A stretch of DNA of 64,000 nt from Takakia lepidozioides (taxonomy: Eukaryota; Plantae; Bryophyta): the NCBI GenBank assembly GCA_030704615.1, contig CM060734.1, positions 31,620,001 to 31,684,000 of the forward strand, written 5' to 3'. Made by a program: the position numbers and the translations under genes. Below are positions 50,246 to 63,815 of the stretch, one piece after another. Every line of letters begins with the position of its first letter. Position 1 is the first letter of the stretch. The notes beneath the pieces were generated by a model. It was not told the DNA's origin. It saw only the letters and a list, made by a program, of their open reading frames with translations, and ran no database searches.

Positions 50246-53200
50246 TCAATAATCCATGTCATCCATGGCTATTCGTGAACCTCTCACACGGCCCAGGTTG
50301 CGACAAGGCGCCTTGTCACCATGCTCCCATTTGACTATGGTGCCGTCCCAGGAGCTGCTCACCAGCATTGGCTCTGTAGGATGCCAGCTACAGTCTCGCA
50401 CTGTCTGGCGGTGATAGCTCAGCTTTGCTACCTGCCTCCCCGTCACCTATACAAACAAAACCCACATCCACCGTTAGAATGCAATCAGTGTGCTGGTTAG
50501 CAGTGAGACAGTAGCTGGTGAAAGTCCTCAGCTCTCTTTTCCCCTGTTAAGCTCAAGAAGTCGAGAGTTACCTGACTAAGCACAAGACGTATGTGCCAAC
50601 TCGTCCAAATGAGGTATTTAGGAGGACCTGATATAAGACTCGGGGAGAAAACACAGGCCTGCGCTTGATGAGCAAGGCTGAGAACATGGCAGGCCACATG
50701 CCTTAGAGAATACTCCTTAGCAAGTAGAGTATTGAAGGTTGGGTGGTTATCTTGCTCATACACTGTTATGTAGAGGCTGGCTTCCAATAATAAGACAGGA
50801 CTGTGACAGCAGCATTGAACAAGCAGCTTGCACTTATATTCAGCATGTGAGAAGGGAAGGAGGAAATTACACACCAAATCGAATATGTAGACACAGCCAT
50901 CATGTGAACCTGTGTAAATGTACTTCTGTCCCGTGCTGCATTCAATGGACCGAACACTGAAGCGTCAGAATATGTGCAACTACACACACCCCAAATTAAA
51001 TTTATAGACATAGCCACCATGTGAACATATGTGAATGTACTTCTCCCCTGTGCTGCATCTAGTGGTATCTTTGCATGCCTGCCTCCCAGTGAGAATGGAA
51101 CTTAGCTACTATCCAGAATTTTCTGAACAAGAATTACCATATAACAGGAGTGGGAGAAAGGGAGACCTTGCAAGGGGAGAGAAGTAGCAGCGAATGAGAG
51201 TGCGCAACACCAGGTGGCCCTTGTAGGTCATGACGGACTGGTCAAAGGGATGGCGCACATCTCGGCCTATGCCTGGGTAGTCCATCCATCGATAATCCCA
51301 TTGAAATGTAGGTATCTTCTGCCTTGATCTGCGTGCTTACAGACCATGCAGTTCAGGGAGTATTACTACAGTACAACCTCTCTTTGACAATTGACTGCGG
51401 GCCAGCACGAAATTGACAGCATGTTCTTACTTGCTTGCTTACATGATCCCCATGCATCCCACAGTTCAGGTCCTCTTTACATACCGATTATAACGTTGAA
51501 TGGTTTCTTAACCCAGACCAACTGCAAAAGACCCAAATAGCACAAAAGGCACAAGTTGTAGGTAATCCTGCAAATGGATTGTAGTGACAGAGAACTCAGA
51601 AAGGATAAATCTTGGAGTGTGGATAGAGTACAACCACCAGAAAATCTCGGATAGCAAAGCAGTTATGCAGAATTTGTTCGCCATGCTTCTAATGTGTCCA
51701 GTGCATGGGCTCATCGCCTGACAGCATATACAAATTGTTTTAATCATCTCCATCAAGGAAAGGAAGATAGAGAGAGATGACCTTGCAGGTCCTGAGCCAG
51801 AAGACATCTTGCGAATATCCCACAGCTTGATGGCCTGATCCTTGCCATTGGAGATGAAGTAGCGGCCATCTCCACTGCTATCAATAAAAGCAATACCCTC
51901 TAAATGCCCCACAAGAACTCCTGCTGGCCTACTACTTTGAGCACTGCAGCGGCGGTCCCATACCTGCACACCCAGCCCATCATTGGAGAGATTCCGTATC
52001 ACACCAGAACAAAAGACAAGTAGTGATCACTCAACTTCAAGGAACTTCCTAGAAGACCTAATTCATGTAGGGAACCTCTGAAGCAGGGGGAGACAGACAC
52101 CTTGCAAAGACGGTCGTCACTTCCCGAGTAGATGACATGACATGACTCATCAGCAAACACAACTGCATTCACGTCATCCTGGCCCAACCGGCAAATGCAT
52201 CCCAGAGAAAGTGACAATCCAGCTATCATCTGAGAGATTTACGAAGTCATCATTACAATGAAGTAGACACAAGACCCCCTGGGTGTCTTTCTTGCCCAGC
52301 CAGAAGTGATGGATGGTGTTAGGGAATGGTGTAGTTGGGAGACCAAGGCTAGGTTGAGTCTTCTTTCATAACCAGATCTTGATTCCTTCTTGGATAGATT
52401 AGAAGAGCACAAATTGATGGAAAACACTTGGATCTCTTTACATCTGAATTGGAACTGCTGGCTTTGTGTCTCCTGCAGTTTTGGACCTCAGGTGGTTTCC
52501 TTGGCACCTATGATAAGTCCTTAAATTTTTCTATTTTATCAAGATAAAATTAGGGCCCAAATAAATCGTAATTCAAATAAATGAATAGTGTGTCAATGAG
52601 ATATTGTATCGATAAACATGAAGTGAAATATTTTGTGAATGAGCTCTTCCGATTACAAGTTAGCCACCACATATCCTACCCCAAAACAGAGCATACATAC
52701 AACATGCTTCTGCTCCACATTGCAACTACAATTTAACTCCTTGCAGACAAAGAGACAGTTCCAAGCTGTGAACATGCAGTTCCAAAATAAAAGCCAGAAT
52801 AAGAGGCAGACCTTGTGAGCACAAAGACGGAGGACGGGCTTGTTGGCTTCCAAGTCATAGACATAAATTGACTTGTCACTGCTGCCTGCCACAATCTCAC
52901 GACCATCATGTGAGAATTGCAGAGACCACAAGCCAAAGGCGTCGTTCTCCATCACATCTGAAGCAAAGTCTAGGCCCTCGTGTATGTCCTGCATCCATCC
53001 AAATGCCCGGACAACCCGGCCCCATGCATACCTCATGTGACATGTCAACCTCCAACATATTCTTGTGGCAGAGGTCATGACCGATAAGTCACCAGGGAGG
53101 CAGTCGGAGCTAAAAACTGCAGAAATAGAAAGAAAGCATGCATTGGCATACGCAGGTTGAGAGGGAAATGTAAAGAATGATCGAAAGAAAGAAAGATACG

Positions 53201-54495
53201 TTATGATGTCCTCACAAAGTTGAAATAAAAAGGAAGAGATACACCCTGTTCAAGGTGGCTCCAGGGAGCTTTACCGTAACATTTGCAAGAGACCTGATGC
53301 CACCACTCTCACTGTCCACCTTCACCAGGTGCACCACAGGCGTAATCGAGGCATAAACCTGTACACACATGCAAGACCAATGGGTCACGCAAACACCCCA
53401 GAAACAGGTAGGCTTCAGAGCCCCTTTCTCCAGTTCACTGTCTTTCAAATTGTCTAATTTACTTGCTATGTTTCTGGCCCTCACTCCTGGTTCAGCATAG
53501 CAGAGGAGTAAAGTCAAACACTGTGATCGTATGCAAGATGTAGTTTCATTTTATAGTTCATAATCATTTCTGACATGGATGATAAGCCTTACAAAATGAT
53601 AATCAAGCTTGAAACCGATAAAAAGGTAACACCTCATACCAGGGAGTTATATCATCTCTATTTAGATAAAGATTACTCTAATGCGTGTATCAAGCTTTAA
53701 ATTGTCCCCCTTCCTAAACCTAGGGACTGAGAGGAAGATAAAAGCCAACCAGAAAGCGCTGATCGGATGAGAGAGCTGTATCGGTCACTGTCCACCGCAA
53801 ATTGCGAGCAATGATGTCCTTTTGAAGTGTCCATCCCTTCTCGACGTTGTATATCTTGATGCGTCTATTCTGTCAAGCAAATCAGTCACAAAACACAGGT
53901 GGGATGCTTGCAACCACCCATCCCTTCTGCATATAATCTTCTGACTTATCCTTCACCCACTCCTCCACAGGAAAAAATTGTGATTCCCATCCATAATCTC
54001 ACCAATTTGAGGGGGAGTTCCCACCTGGAATCCTGCGACAAACAACCTGCCGTCTGCTGAGAATTGGCCAATGTAAGCACGGGAGGCTAGTTGTTGCTCC
54101 ACAATTGAGGGACCACCTGTTGGCAAATAACGTGCTGCTACATGGCAGCATTCAGCCCTCGAAAAGCGCCCATTTCCTGACACATTGAATTCTCTTCCTA
54201 GCATCATTGGCAGCGAGTTCACTACCCCACCAGGTTTTACCCTCCCAAATCTCGCCGATCCCTCACTAGGGGCTGACCTGTGTGCCAGAACATGTTCCAA
54301 GGCCCCCAATCGCTCCAGTTCTTCACTCCCTGACGATGTTTCCCTGACACCCGAGCTCGAATTGGACCCCTCCTCCCCACTAGCCAAATCATACAGGGAA
54401 CAATTCACTTCCACATCGTGGCCCTCATCCTCCGGTTGATCCATGCTGTCTTCTTCATCCTCACTTGAATCACTAGAATATCTATAGCGCTGCAT
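50246..54495 (-). CDS. DCAF11/WDR23 (LEC14B-like) WD40 substrate receptor of CUL4-DDB1, ~9 exons
   Basis: SRAYIGQFSADGRLFVAGFQ; RWTVTDTALS; FGLWSLQFSHDGREIVAGSSD; DDVNAV..IYSGSDD..CKVWDRR; GHLEG..GDGRYFISNGKDQAIKLWDIRKM; WDYRW; TYKGHLVLRTLIRCYFSP; VRDCSWHP. Confidence 0.93.
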
Positions 54496-56009
54496 GTTCG
54501 CACCACTTCCACTGGCCACTCCTTACTGATGGTGGCTGGAGCCCGCATCTAACTCACCACCCTCGCTGCCACTGAATGGCGGGTTCATAAGGCCGGAGAG
54601 GGGCAAATTGCCAGGCCCTGGAGAGCCCACCAGACCAGGATTGGGTTCTCTCCTTCCATTGCTGCTCAACCCACCAGCGAGCTTGCAGGCCTCTCAATTC
54701 TGCACCTGCCAAGCTTCCATCTTCACGAGAGAGAGCATCACATTGATCATCACGAACTGTACAGGACCTCCTTATAAGTTATTAGGGTTCTCCAATCCCA
54801 TGCCCGGTGCCCGCTTAAGAGAGAGGCACGTGCACTAAAGTCCAAGGCAATCAAAGTGCTGTTTTCTAGTGTGCATGGACCCGAGCTCAATTTTTGGAAT
54901 CAAATGCGAATATCGAATACATCGCTGTGCTGTGCACCACTGAACTGAATGGATAAACCTGAAGAGAACTGAATATCCGAATTGTGATAGAAGTGAATGG
55001 AACATCAGTTGTTGGAGTTCACATCTCATATATACACTCTAAACTAGGCATTCAGAGCCTGCATCTCTTACACTATAACTTACTTTAGTTCATCACCATA
55101 AGAAGATGGATCTTCTTGAGAGACTTTGCAAATTGAACAAGCGACTCCGCCACAAGAGAGGCTGTCCTTTGGTGATTTTGGGGTTGTTGTTTTATACTTT
55201 TTCCAGGGCTTCATGAATCATGCCCATCAACCCTCCATAGACTAGGCTTATTGGATAAGCCTAGTTCTCTGTTTTCCGCCTAGGCAAGAAGTCTCCACAA
55301 TGGCTCTATCCCTTGCGGGACATAGCCAATAAAAAACAAACAAGCCGCAAACTGCGAAAGGCTTTGTCGATTGTGCAAAAGTGAGGTGTGGAGAGGGGGG
55401 CTGGAGCCATGAACCTCCGTAGTTTGTGGTGTGGTCTGGTCTGTGTTCTAAATGGATTTGTAATTGCTTATTTTCTAGCTCGTCAATAGTCAATACTTCC
55501 TCATTGGCATGACTCTTGATTTGATAAGAATGTTTCTGGATCAATAAGAGTCCTGAGTGGTGTAACTTGGACAGTTGACCAGATTTTCTCCATTGAATAC
55601 AACATGATGCAAAATATAGAAGTAAAACTTTTCATTAGACTCTTTGGTATATTTATTTATTTATATATATTTCCTATTTAGAGCCATTTAGCTTCTCATT
55701 ATAAGATAATAGGCACTCTGTGCTTGTGGCAGGGCCCACATGTAGCAGAGAGGGTGGGAGCCCGGGCCGGGCAAGCGGGTCTATTGCAATAGGTCCCAGC
55801 CCAAGGGGCCATGACCTGTCTGTAGGCGCTCGTATTCCAGATAAAACATCAAATAGTTCTATAAGATGGTAGTGGGTAGTGATGATTAAGAGCAACAAAT
55901 AAGATGCATGAGGTTTGGTGTTCAATTCTAATTAGGTGGTAATATGTGCTTATTAATTAAACAATTTGTATATGGTTCTTTCTGAAATTTTCCTAAGCCT
56001 TCGTTCTTA

Positions 56010-56225
56010 TACGGTGGCGGACCCTCCAGCTGACTGTGGACTGGATTGGACTAGACTATATAGTGGACCCTCCAGCAGACTCCAGTCTAGCGGACTCCGC
56101 AGAGTGAGTGCAAAGGGGACCCTCCAGCGACTTTGCAGAGTGGACTGGACTCGACTGTAGAGTGAACCCCCTCGAGTGAACTCCCTCCAGCAGACCCACT
56201 GTAGAGAAAAGGGAGTGGACACCCT
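56010..56225. repeat. Short repeat-rich MITE-like segment
   Basis: Repeated gaccctccagc and tggactgga/ggactcc motifs in both orientations. Confidence 0.45.
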
Positions 56226-57109
56226 TGAAATTTTATATCAAAGAATAGGGGGACAACTTGTCCTAGTGTTATAGATGAGGAAAAAATAACCTCAGTCAAG
56301 TGCCATTGAGGCTGAAATGAGAAATGGCAAAAAATGAGAAATATATAGGCAATAATTTATCCTGATATGTGACTCATTACTACGGTCATAACTTGACATA
56401 AGTCCAAGTTAATACGTTTACGAAAACCTAAGTATCACAACAGGACCCGGGGCTTCCATTCACTTGGAGGCTGGTGAGCGGATGCTATCAAATCCTACAC
56501 GACCTACACCTTATGGTCCTTGATTTTTCCAAGATTATTATTCAATATGATTTTTCTTTGTTTCGACCTTCTGTTGTGATATATTTAAAATAACCTCGGA
56601 GTGGAAGATCAAAAAGATATAAAGATCATTAAATGCTTTGAAAATTCAAAAAACACTAGTTGCTACAAGCAATCTCAAAATATACTCGCTTTTTTACCTT
56701 CTTTTGTAATACATTTCAAATATTAACGTTGGAATGGAGTTACTTTTAAGTACTTAATTAACTCACAACATATGGCCTTATATAAACGCAAACACTCAGA
56801 TCTAGATCATTCACAAATACTCCTGTCAAACCTGTATCTAGCTTTTTGTATCCATGGCCAACACACACATTAAGTTAATCAACCAGCTCTAATAGCAATT
56901 CTATTTATTTGACTAGCAGATCAACTCATTGTCAATTACTCATGTCACTTCACCGTTCCAATATTCAACACATCTGACTTGATCATTATGTGGCCATACA
57001 TGTGTAGGACATACTGTCCCTTCGAGTCATGTCAGCCGCAAGTTGCTACTCAAGATGTGAGTTCATCGATTTAAGAAAGACACGACAATGCTGAGAGAAA
57101 CTATACACC

Positions 57110-60100
57110 TTGGGCTGTCCCAAAATTAGTGGGGATTTTGATTGGCATTTCCCTCCACCAGGTAAGAAGTTTGGACCTCCACTGCCCATGGCAAAAGACT
57201 CTCTTTTGCTACGTTCTCCTGTTGACTTCATCATCCCTGCTTTTTCTCAACGCATAATACCTACAGGTCTAGCTTTTGCTTGCCCTGCAGGTCATTTCCT
57301 TGAGATTGAGGGCTGGAAGAAACTTACCCTCCAAAAGCATTGTCTGATTGCTTCTGGGGTTTTAGACCGAGGTTTCAAATGTGAGGTCCGGTTACTTCTT
57401 GCTAATCCTGAATGCATCAGCATCTGTATACGTAAAGGTCAGGTCTTTGCTAGACTCACTGCTACTCTTTTGTCTGAGCTGACCTCTGTTCAGAAAGGTC
57501 TCAGTCTTCATGATAGTGGGCTGGTGGATTTCCCTGCGGGCCAACTCCAGGCCTTTGCCTCTCACTCTGGTTCCACTAACAAAGGCCCGCTTACTCCGGA
57601 GGCCGAGCAACATTTCCAGCAAGTCTTAAAGGATATCAAGGTAGGTGATCACCTTGCTCCCCAGCAGATTAGTCGCCTCCACCAGTTTCTACGTGACAAC
57701 CTCGACATCTTTAGTCAAGGGCTTCATGACTTGGGCCGTACAACCCTTCAGGATCATGACATCATCACGGATGGTAAGCCTATCAAACAACATGCCTACA
57801 GGGAAAGTGTACGTGAGCGCAAGGTCATTCAGGATGAGATTACAAAAATGTTGGATGCTGGTGTCATTACCCCCTCCATCTCTCCTTGGGCCAGTCCCAT
57901 TGTATTGGTAGGTAAAAAGGATGGCTCAACCCGCTTTTGCGTTGATTTTCAGCATTTAAATGCCATCACTAAGAAGGATGTTTACCTTTTGTCACGCATC
58001 AATGAAACGCTAGATCAACTTATAAATGGGGCCACTATCTTCTCTTCCTTAGATTTAGCCTCTGGCTTTTGGCAAGTTCCTTTAATTACTGCTGCTAAAG
58101 AGAAAACTGCCTTCACCTGCAGGATGGGCCTCTTTCAATTTGAAACAATGCCTTTTGGCCTTTGCAACACCACTGCCACATTTCAGCGCCTAATGGATAT
58201 CGTTTTAGGAAACCTTCGTTGGGAATGTGCCCTGGTTTACATCGATGACATCAACATTTACTCTACTACGTTTAATGCTCATCTGTTGGATTTACAGCGA
58301 GTTGTGTGCAGGCTTCGTGCCGCTGGGTTTAAGGTTAAGGCCAAAAAATGTGGTTTCTGTATGGAACAGCTCCATTTTTTGGGCCATCTGCTTTCTGCTG
58401 CTGGCATCAGTCCCGACCCTGCCAAGATCCAATTAAGTTGTGTGGAACTATCCAACCCCTCGGGATAAAACATGCGTTAAAGCCTTCTTAGGCTTAGGTT
58501 CTTACTATCGCCGCTTCATTTTTCAGTTTGCCAAGTTAGCTGCTCCCCTCACTCGCTTGTTATCCAAGGATGCTCGTTTTGTCTGGGGTACTACAGAAAC
58601 GTCAGCATTTGAGAAGCTCAAAATTGCACTTACCTCTACTCCCGTGCTTGCCTATCCTGATTTTACCTTGTCATTTCTCTTGCAAACAGATGCCAGTGAT
58701 CTCGCTATCTCTGTTGTGTTAAGCCAGATTCAAGATGGTCAGGAGCATGCCATCGCCTACGCCTCTCGCCGCCTTGATAAACATGAATGCAATTACTCCA
58801 TCACTGACAAGGAAGGCCTTGCCGTTATCTTTGGCGTCAAATATTTTAGGCAGTATTTGCATGGCTGTCATTTTACCGTTGAAACTGACCATCTCCCTTT
58901 AAAAGCCTTGCTAACTCCTCGTGAACTTACTGGCAGGTTAGCTAGATGGGCTCTAATCTTGCAAGGCTATGACTTCACCATTTCATACAAGCGTGGGAAG
59001 GACAATGTTAATGCAGATGCTCTGACTAGAGGCGAATCCAAAATACCTGCACCCTACACTACCTTAAGTGATCTTGTCTCCCCTGCTGCACAATCTCCCT
59101 CACCTATTGTACATGTTTCAGACCCATATACCTTGTGTCATTTGTTGGATTATCCTTATGTTCCTCCATATTTACTTGACACTTGGGATCTTTTACAGTT
59201 TGATGTTGGCTGAACTTCCCCTGGTATTAGCATGAATTTTGGTCAGGTATCCTACAGCTTAGTCTGGTGCTCTTCCTTACCTTAGCACTGCCCATCTTGT
59301 CTGGTGCCTGCCTTGGTTTGTTTCCTGACCGAGGGATTGAGCTGTGCCTTACAACCTGCTTGCCTCCTCATAGACAGCCAACTGAAAATGAAGTCAGGAT
59401 TCCGAAAGGAAGAGAACGGGGGTTGCCACTTTCTTCTCGCCTGCACTAACCTGCTGTTGTATGGCCATGAGTGATGTAGGCATGGATGATCCATTATACG
59501 ATGCTCTTCTCCATAGGTGCAAAACCGACACCCACCTTAGTGGCATATCCAAGTTGCTCATGAGGCAAGTCAACTATCACTTACCCAACCACCGGGAAAG
59601 TGAATGGAGATTGTTCAGAGTCACTGCTTTAGAAGGTACCTCTGTTGTGGAAGTCCCTTCTAGGTCCGCTGTCCCTGCTTTACTTGAATTATACCATGCT
59701 TCTACTTATGCTGGCCATTTGGGGGTTGTTAAGACTGTCAAGAGATTACAGGAGCAGTATCACTGGAAAGGCTTAGTTAAAGACGTCTCAGCTTTCATTG
59801 CAAGGTGTGTGCCCTGTCATGCTAAGACCATCCTACCTAGAACCGACGCTCCCTTACCTTTATAGCCTATCCCGGTGACTGAACCATTTGCCAGGGTTGG
59901 CTTAGATCTAGTCGGACCCCTTAAATCCACGTCCAAGGGCCATGCATACCTTGCGGTTGCAACGGACTACTTGACAAAATGGGTTGAACTCCACCCTCTG
60001 GTTGCTAAGGATAGTGATGAGGTGGTGCAATTCTTCTTTGATAAGGTGATTCTTTGTCATGGTTGCCCTCTGGAAATCCTCACGGATCAAGGTACAGAAT

Positions 60101-60828
60101 TTTGCAACCAACTTATGAAGATTGTCTTGTTTAATCTCAACACTAAGCATGCCGTTACTGCTCCCTACAATCCCCAATGCAATGGTTTGACAGAACGATT
60201 TAACAAAACTATATGCCAGATGCTCGAGAAGAATGGGACACTCATTGATGAATGGGATATTGTTGTGCCTATTCTGCTCTTTGCCTACAGGACCTCTATC
60301 CATGCCAATACCAAAATCTCACCTTTTGAACTTTTGTATGGTAGGAAATGTAGGACCCCTTTGCATATTTCCTGGTTGTAGGTCTCGGCTACTGAGCCTG
60401 AGAATTGGGAAACCTTCTTGCTTTCCATGGATGCTAAACGGCGTCGTTTGAGGGAGACTGCCAAATCTAACATTGTGTTTGCTCAAGCTGCTCAGGCAAA
60501 GAATTACAACCGCCGTGTTGTATATTCTGAGTCCTTCAAGGTAGGCCAGTCTGTTTGTGTGAGACTCCAGCCTGGTAAGCAGATTTCCAAGGCTAAACGA
60601 CGCATTGATGGCCCTTACCTTATCTCTGATATTCTTCCTGGCAGGCAGTATGTCTTGCTCCCACAACATGCCTCGACTCCTCACTTAGCTAGCTCCATTC
60701 ATGTTTCATTACTTGTTCCATGCACTATTACTTTTGATCCAACTTGTTTGAATGTTGAGAACCGTCAGGTGATCTTCACTCCCACAGCTCGGACAGCTCG
60801 CAATCTGCCAGCCTCTTCTTTAGAATAG
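57110..60828 (+). mobile_element. Ty3/gypsy pol (dUTPase-like, RT, RNase H, integrase), frameshifted, 5'-truncated
   Basis: SPWASPIVLV.KKDGSTRFCVD, MPFGL.N, YIDD; LQTDAS, LARW; H..H..C..C, DLVGPL, TDQG, NGLTERFN, SPFELLYGR; gypsy domain order. Confidence 0.93.
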
Positions 60829-61115
60829 TGTTTGAATTTCGTGCTAGTTTTCTACACCATTTGTAGCACTTGGGGTTTTTCCTATGGGATGTTTTGTCCT
60901 CCACCCAGCTTGCAGGGTGAGGTTTTCTTCCCTAGGTTTTTTCATCCCTTGTGTGCCGGGTGTGTAGCTTATTTTGGCTAGGCTTCCTTTCTTGTCCTCC
61001 CTGAGCTCATCACTCGCAGGAGCTCGCAGTTTCTTATGGCCCCAGCAGGCATCACATATGTGGAGCTGGGATTCATTCTCACCTTACTTTTCGACATGGA
61101 TGGATGGAGGAGGGA

Positions 61116-61504
61116 TGCGCTCCGGATGATTTAAGGGATGGACGAAGCCCAGATGAAAGCTGGATGGACTTACACCTTGCGCATGAGGATGAGCTGGCAA
61201 ACAGCTAGTTTAGGATCAGATTAGGATGAGACTAGGTGATCTGGCTTCTTTCTATGGCTATGCTGGAAGGACATCTGGTGGACCTATGTGTAAGTGCCAC
61301 ATGGCACTAAGATTAGATTATGACCTAATGCTATTTAAGCCTCACTGCCGTGGCAGTGAAGGTGGTGGCTTCTGAGTCTTACGCAAGCGTACGTTGGGCG
61401 TAATGGTGTGTCTAAGTGGTTGGATGAAAGTGTTGGAGGTCAGGGTCTGTGGTGTCCTCTTAGAAAGATTCTGTCTTCTCTGCCAAGCCCTTCTACTGAC
61501 TACA
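61116..61504 (+). repeat. Putative 3' LTR of the gypsy element
   Basis: Purine tract ggatggaggaggga directly before TG; TATA-like ctatttaag at ~61331; candidate CA end at 61504; no partner LTR in the window. Confidence 0.45.
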
Positions 61505-62260
61505 TTCCCCAGATAGGGTCAAGTCCGGTAGAGGAAGGGGAACAAACCCATATACTAGTAAAAAAATGTCAATTATTATTAATTATGAGCATGTATAATG
61601 GAGATTGATTAATGTAAACCACCAGTGAGAGTAATGTCATCTTGTTCTATTTTATGTAGGCTTGGGTATGTTTACTAGTTAAGTATCTCGAGCCGCTTGT
61701 AGTATATGAAATCAAAAGAGAAAATGTTTACACTGAGCCTTGCATGACATTGTCCTAGTGATATTAATCAGATACAATTCTTTTCATGGATCATATATAA
61801 GTGTGCACATTACATGGGGATTTCAATCATAAGATTAGCTAGTTCGAGGGTTGATGGACTTACAGAGCAACAAATTGAGGTTCCAAAGCAGACAAGTATG
61901 TCAAGTATGTACTTTGTGATTCAATGTTCAAATCAAACGACACTGTTGGGTATAGCAAGAAGATCAATAATCGTCTATTTTTAGGTATTGCATAAATGTT
62001 GCACAAAAACCTCATATTGGGATTAATCTTGATGAAAAGCTTAAAATCTTGAAGAAGTAGAAGTTAAGACTTACTTCTAGTAGCTGATTGATCAACTTAG
62101 CAAAATTTGATGGAGCCAAGAACACTGTACCTTCTGATATACAATGACTTCCCGGTTACTGTCCGTTAGCTGAGTATTAAGTGTAATCCCTATTTTTATG
62201 ATTTATATTCAGGTTAGTCTGAACGTATCCCCTGAATGTCATCTGTTTGCTTCAAATTTC

Positions 62261-62500
62261 TCATCTTGTCCCGGGCGAGCCAGGACGCGTTGAGGGCACG
62301 AACTGTTTCTTCATTAGTTCCTTGAACCCACTCAAGCTCAAAGTCACTCGGTCTGGCCCTTGGTCCTGAAGACGTTTATGCCACCATTGTTGAGCATAAC
62401 CCCTCAAATAGGTGGGCGTCACTTCCACCCGATCCTCGTCACTCAACTTGGCCGCCCGGAAGTACTGCTCTAGCTCCAGGAGCCAGGTATTGAGTGCTGT
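62261..62500 (-). mobile_element. Gypsy-type gag fragment
   Basis: WLLELEQYFRAAKLSDEDRVEV...YLRGYAQQWW..LSGFKELMKKQF (retrotransposon gag pattern). Confidence 0.75.
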
Positions 62501-62619
62501 TAGAGGGCTGCTTGGGACTTAGACGCTTTTACGGGTTCTGTGGGGTACCCTTAATTTTTGCGCAGACTGAGACCAACAGGAGCCTTAGGGGTGGCAGGCG
62601 CAGGCTTTAGGGGGGTTAG

Positions 62620-62842
62620 ACAGCTCGTCACAGTCTATCACAGCCAGACACAGCTTTACACAGCCCAACACAACTTCGCACAGCCAGTCACAGCCCAACA
62701 CAGCTTTACACAGCCCGTCACAGTCTATCACAGCCAGACACAGTCTGACACAGCCAGTCACAGCCCGGCACAGCTTCACACAGCCCGACACAGCTTTACA
62801 CAGCCAGTCACAGCTCGGCACAGCTTGACACAGCCTGTCACA
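62620..62842. repeat. 10-bp minisatellite (cacagcNNNN)n
   Basis: About 22 consecutive cacag-anchored 10-mers. Confidence 0.9.
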
Positions 62843-63360
62843 TTACATGGGGAACAGTTATCATTGACAGGGAACAACTGTGTGGGAACGACATCTGCAG
62901 AGGGAACGTGTTACTTCAGGGGTGACGGTTAGTTAGTTAGGTGGTTAGAACAGCTTGCGGGTAGATTAGGCAGAGCGGCAACATGAAGGGGAACACTTCT
63001 TGAGGAGGGCGATTTGTTCAGGGGAGGAGGAGACGTAACGGAGAGCGGAAACAGTGAAGAGGAGATGATGACTTGATTGAGGCTTAATTCATGCAAGCTG
63101 TAAAATTATACAGTAGGGTAGATTAGAGACACCATGGCATAGGCATGATACATGATTAATCTTAACCGATACTGAATCGATATAAACATACTGTGTAGAG
63201 AGACACGAGAGAAGTTGTGGAATGAATGCATGATTAATTGGAACTTAGTAGATACTGAAGCAATCTGATGCTTCAGTATACACGGTAAGGTAAATTGATA
63301 ACGTGAAGGCAAGAAGGAATACAAATAGGAAGCACAACCATGATTCACTAGCTGCAGGTC

Positions 63361-63815
63361 ATGACTGATTGTTCTGAGCGGGCTGAGTGCTTAGAGATAT
63401 CCAACTCTTCTATCTTGGAGTTTCCACCTCGGATAGCGAAGGGATGGGTGAGTAAAAGCCGCTCGACATTTGGCGACCATACTCGGGAACTGGGTCATGA
63501 ACAACCAGATGTGACAGACATCTGGTGGGATCATGGTGGTTGGAGAATTAAAGAATTTGATGTGAATCAAATTCCCTGTGGAACTGAGAAGGAAAGATTG
63601 TCTAAACAATTCTTTCAGAGGTTCTTGGAATTGCCTGATGGTTGTAAAGAAAACATTCTTAAGAGAGTGCATGATGCTGACCCTGAGTGGGGTCTGGATA
63701 AAAGAGTGATAAAGATTTATCAGGTGGCCTGTAGAGGAAGAGCACATTGGTTACCAACACTGGTTTATGTGATAGCATTGCTATCCATTAAGCGAGTAGA
63801 GTTTGAAGGCTGGGA
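63361..63815 (+). other. Uncharacterised coding-like segment interrupted by a CACTA element
   Basis: ~150 open codons with protein-like composition, preceded by an acceptor-like tgcag; no family recognised. Confidence 0.35.

Noticed and set aside
62558-62932. Repeat protein (TAQHSFTQPV)n
   Set aside because: Translation of a 10-bp minisatellite in a retroelement leader
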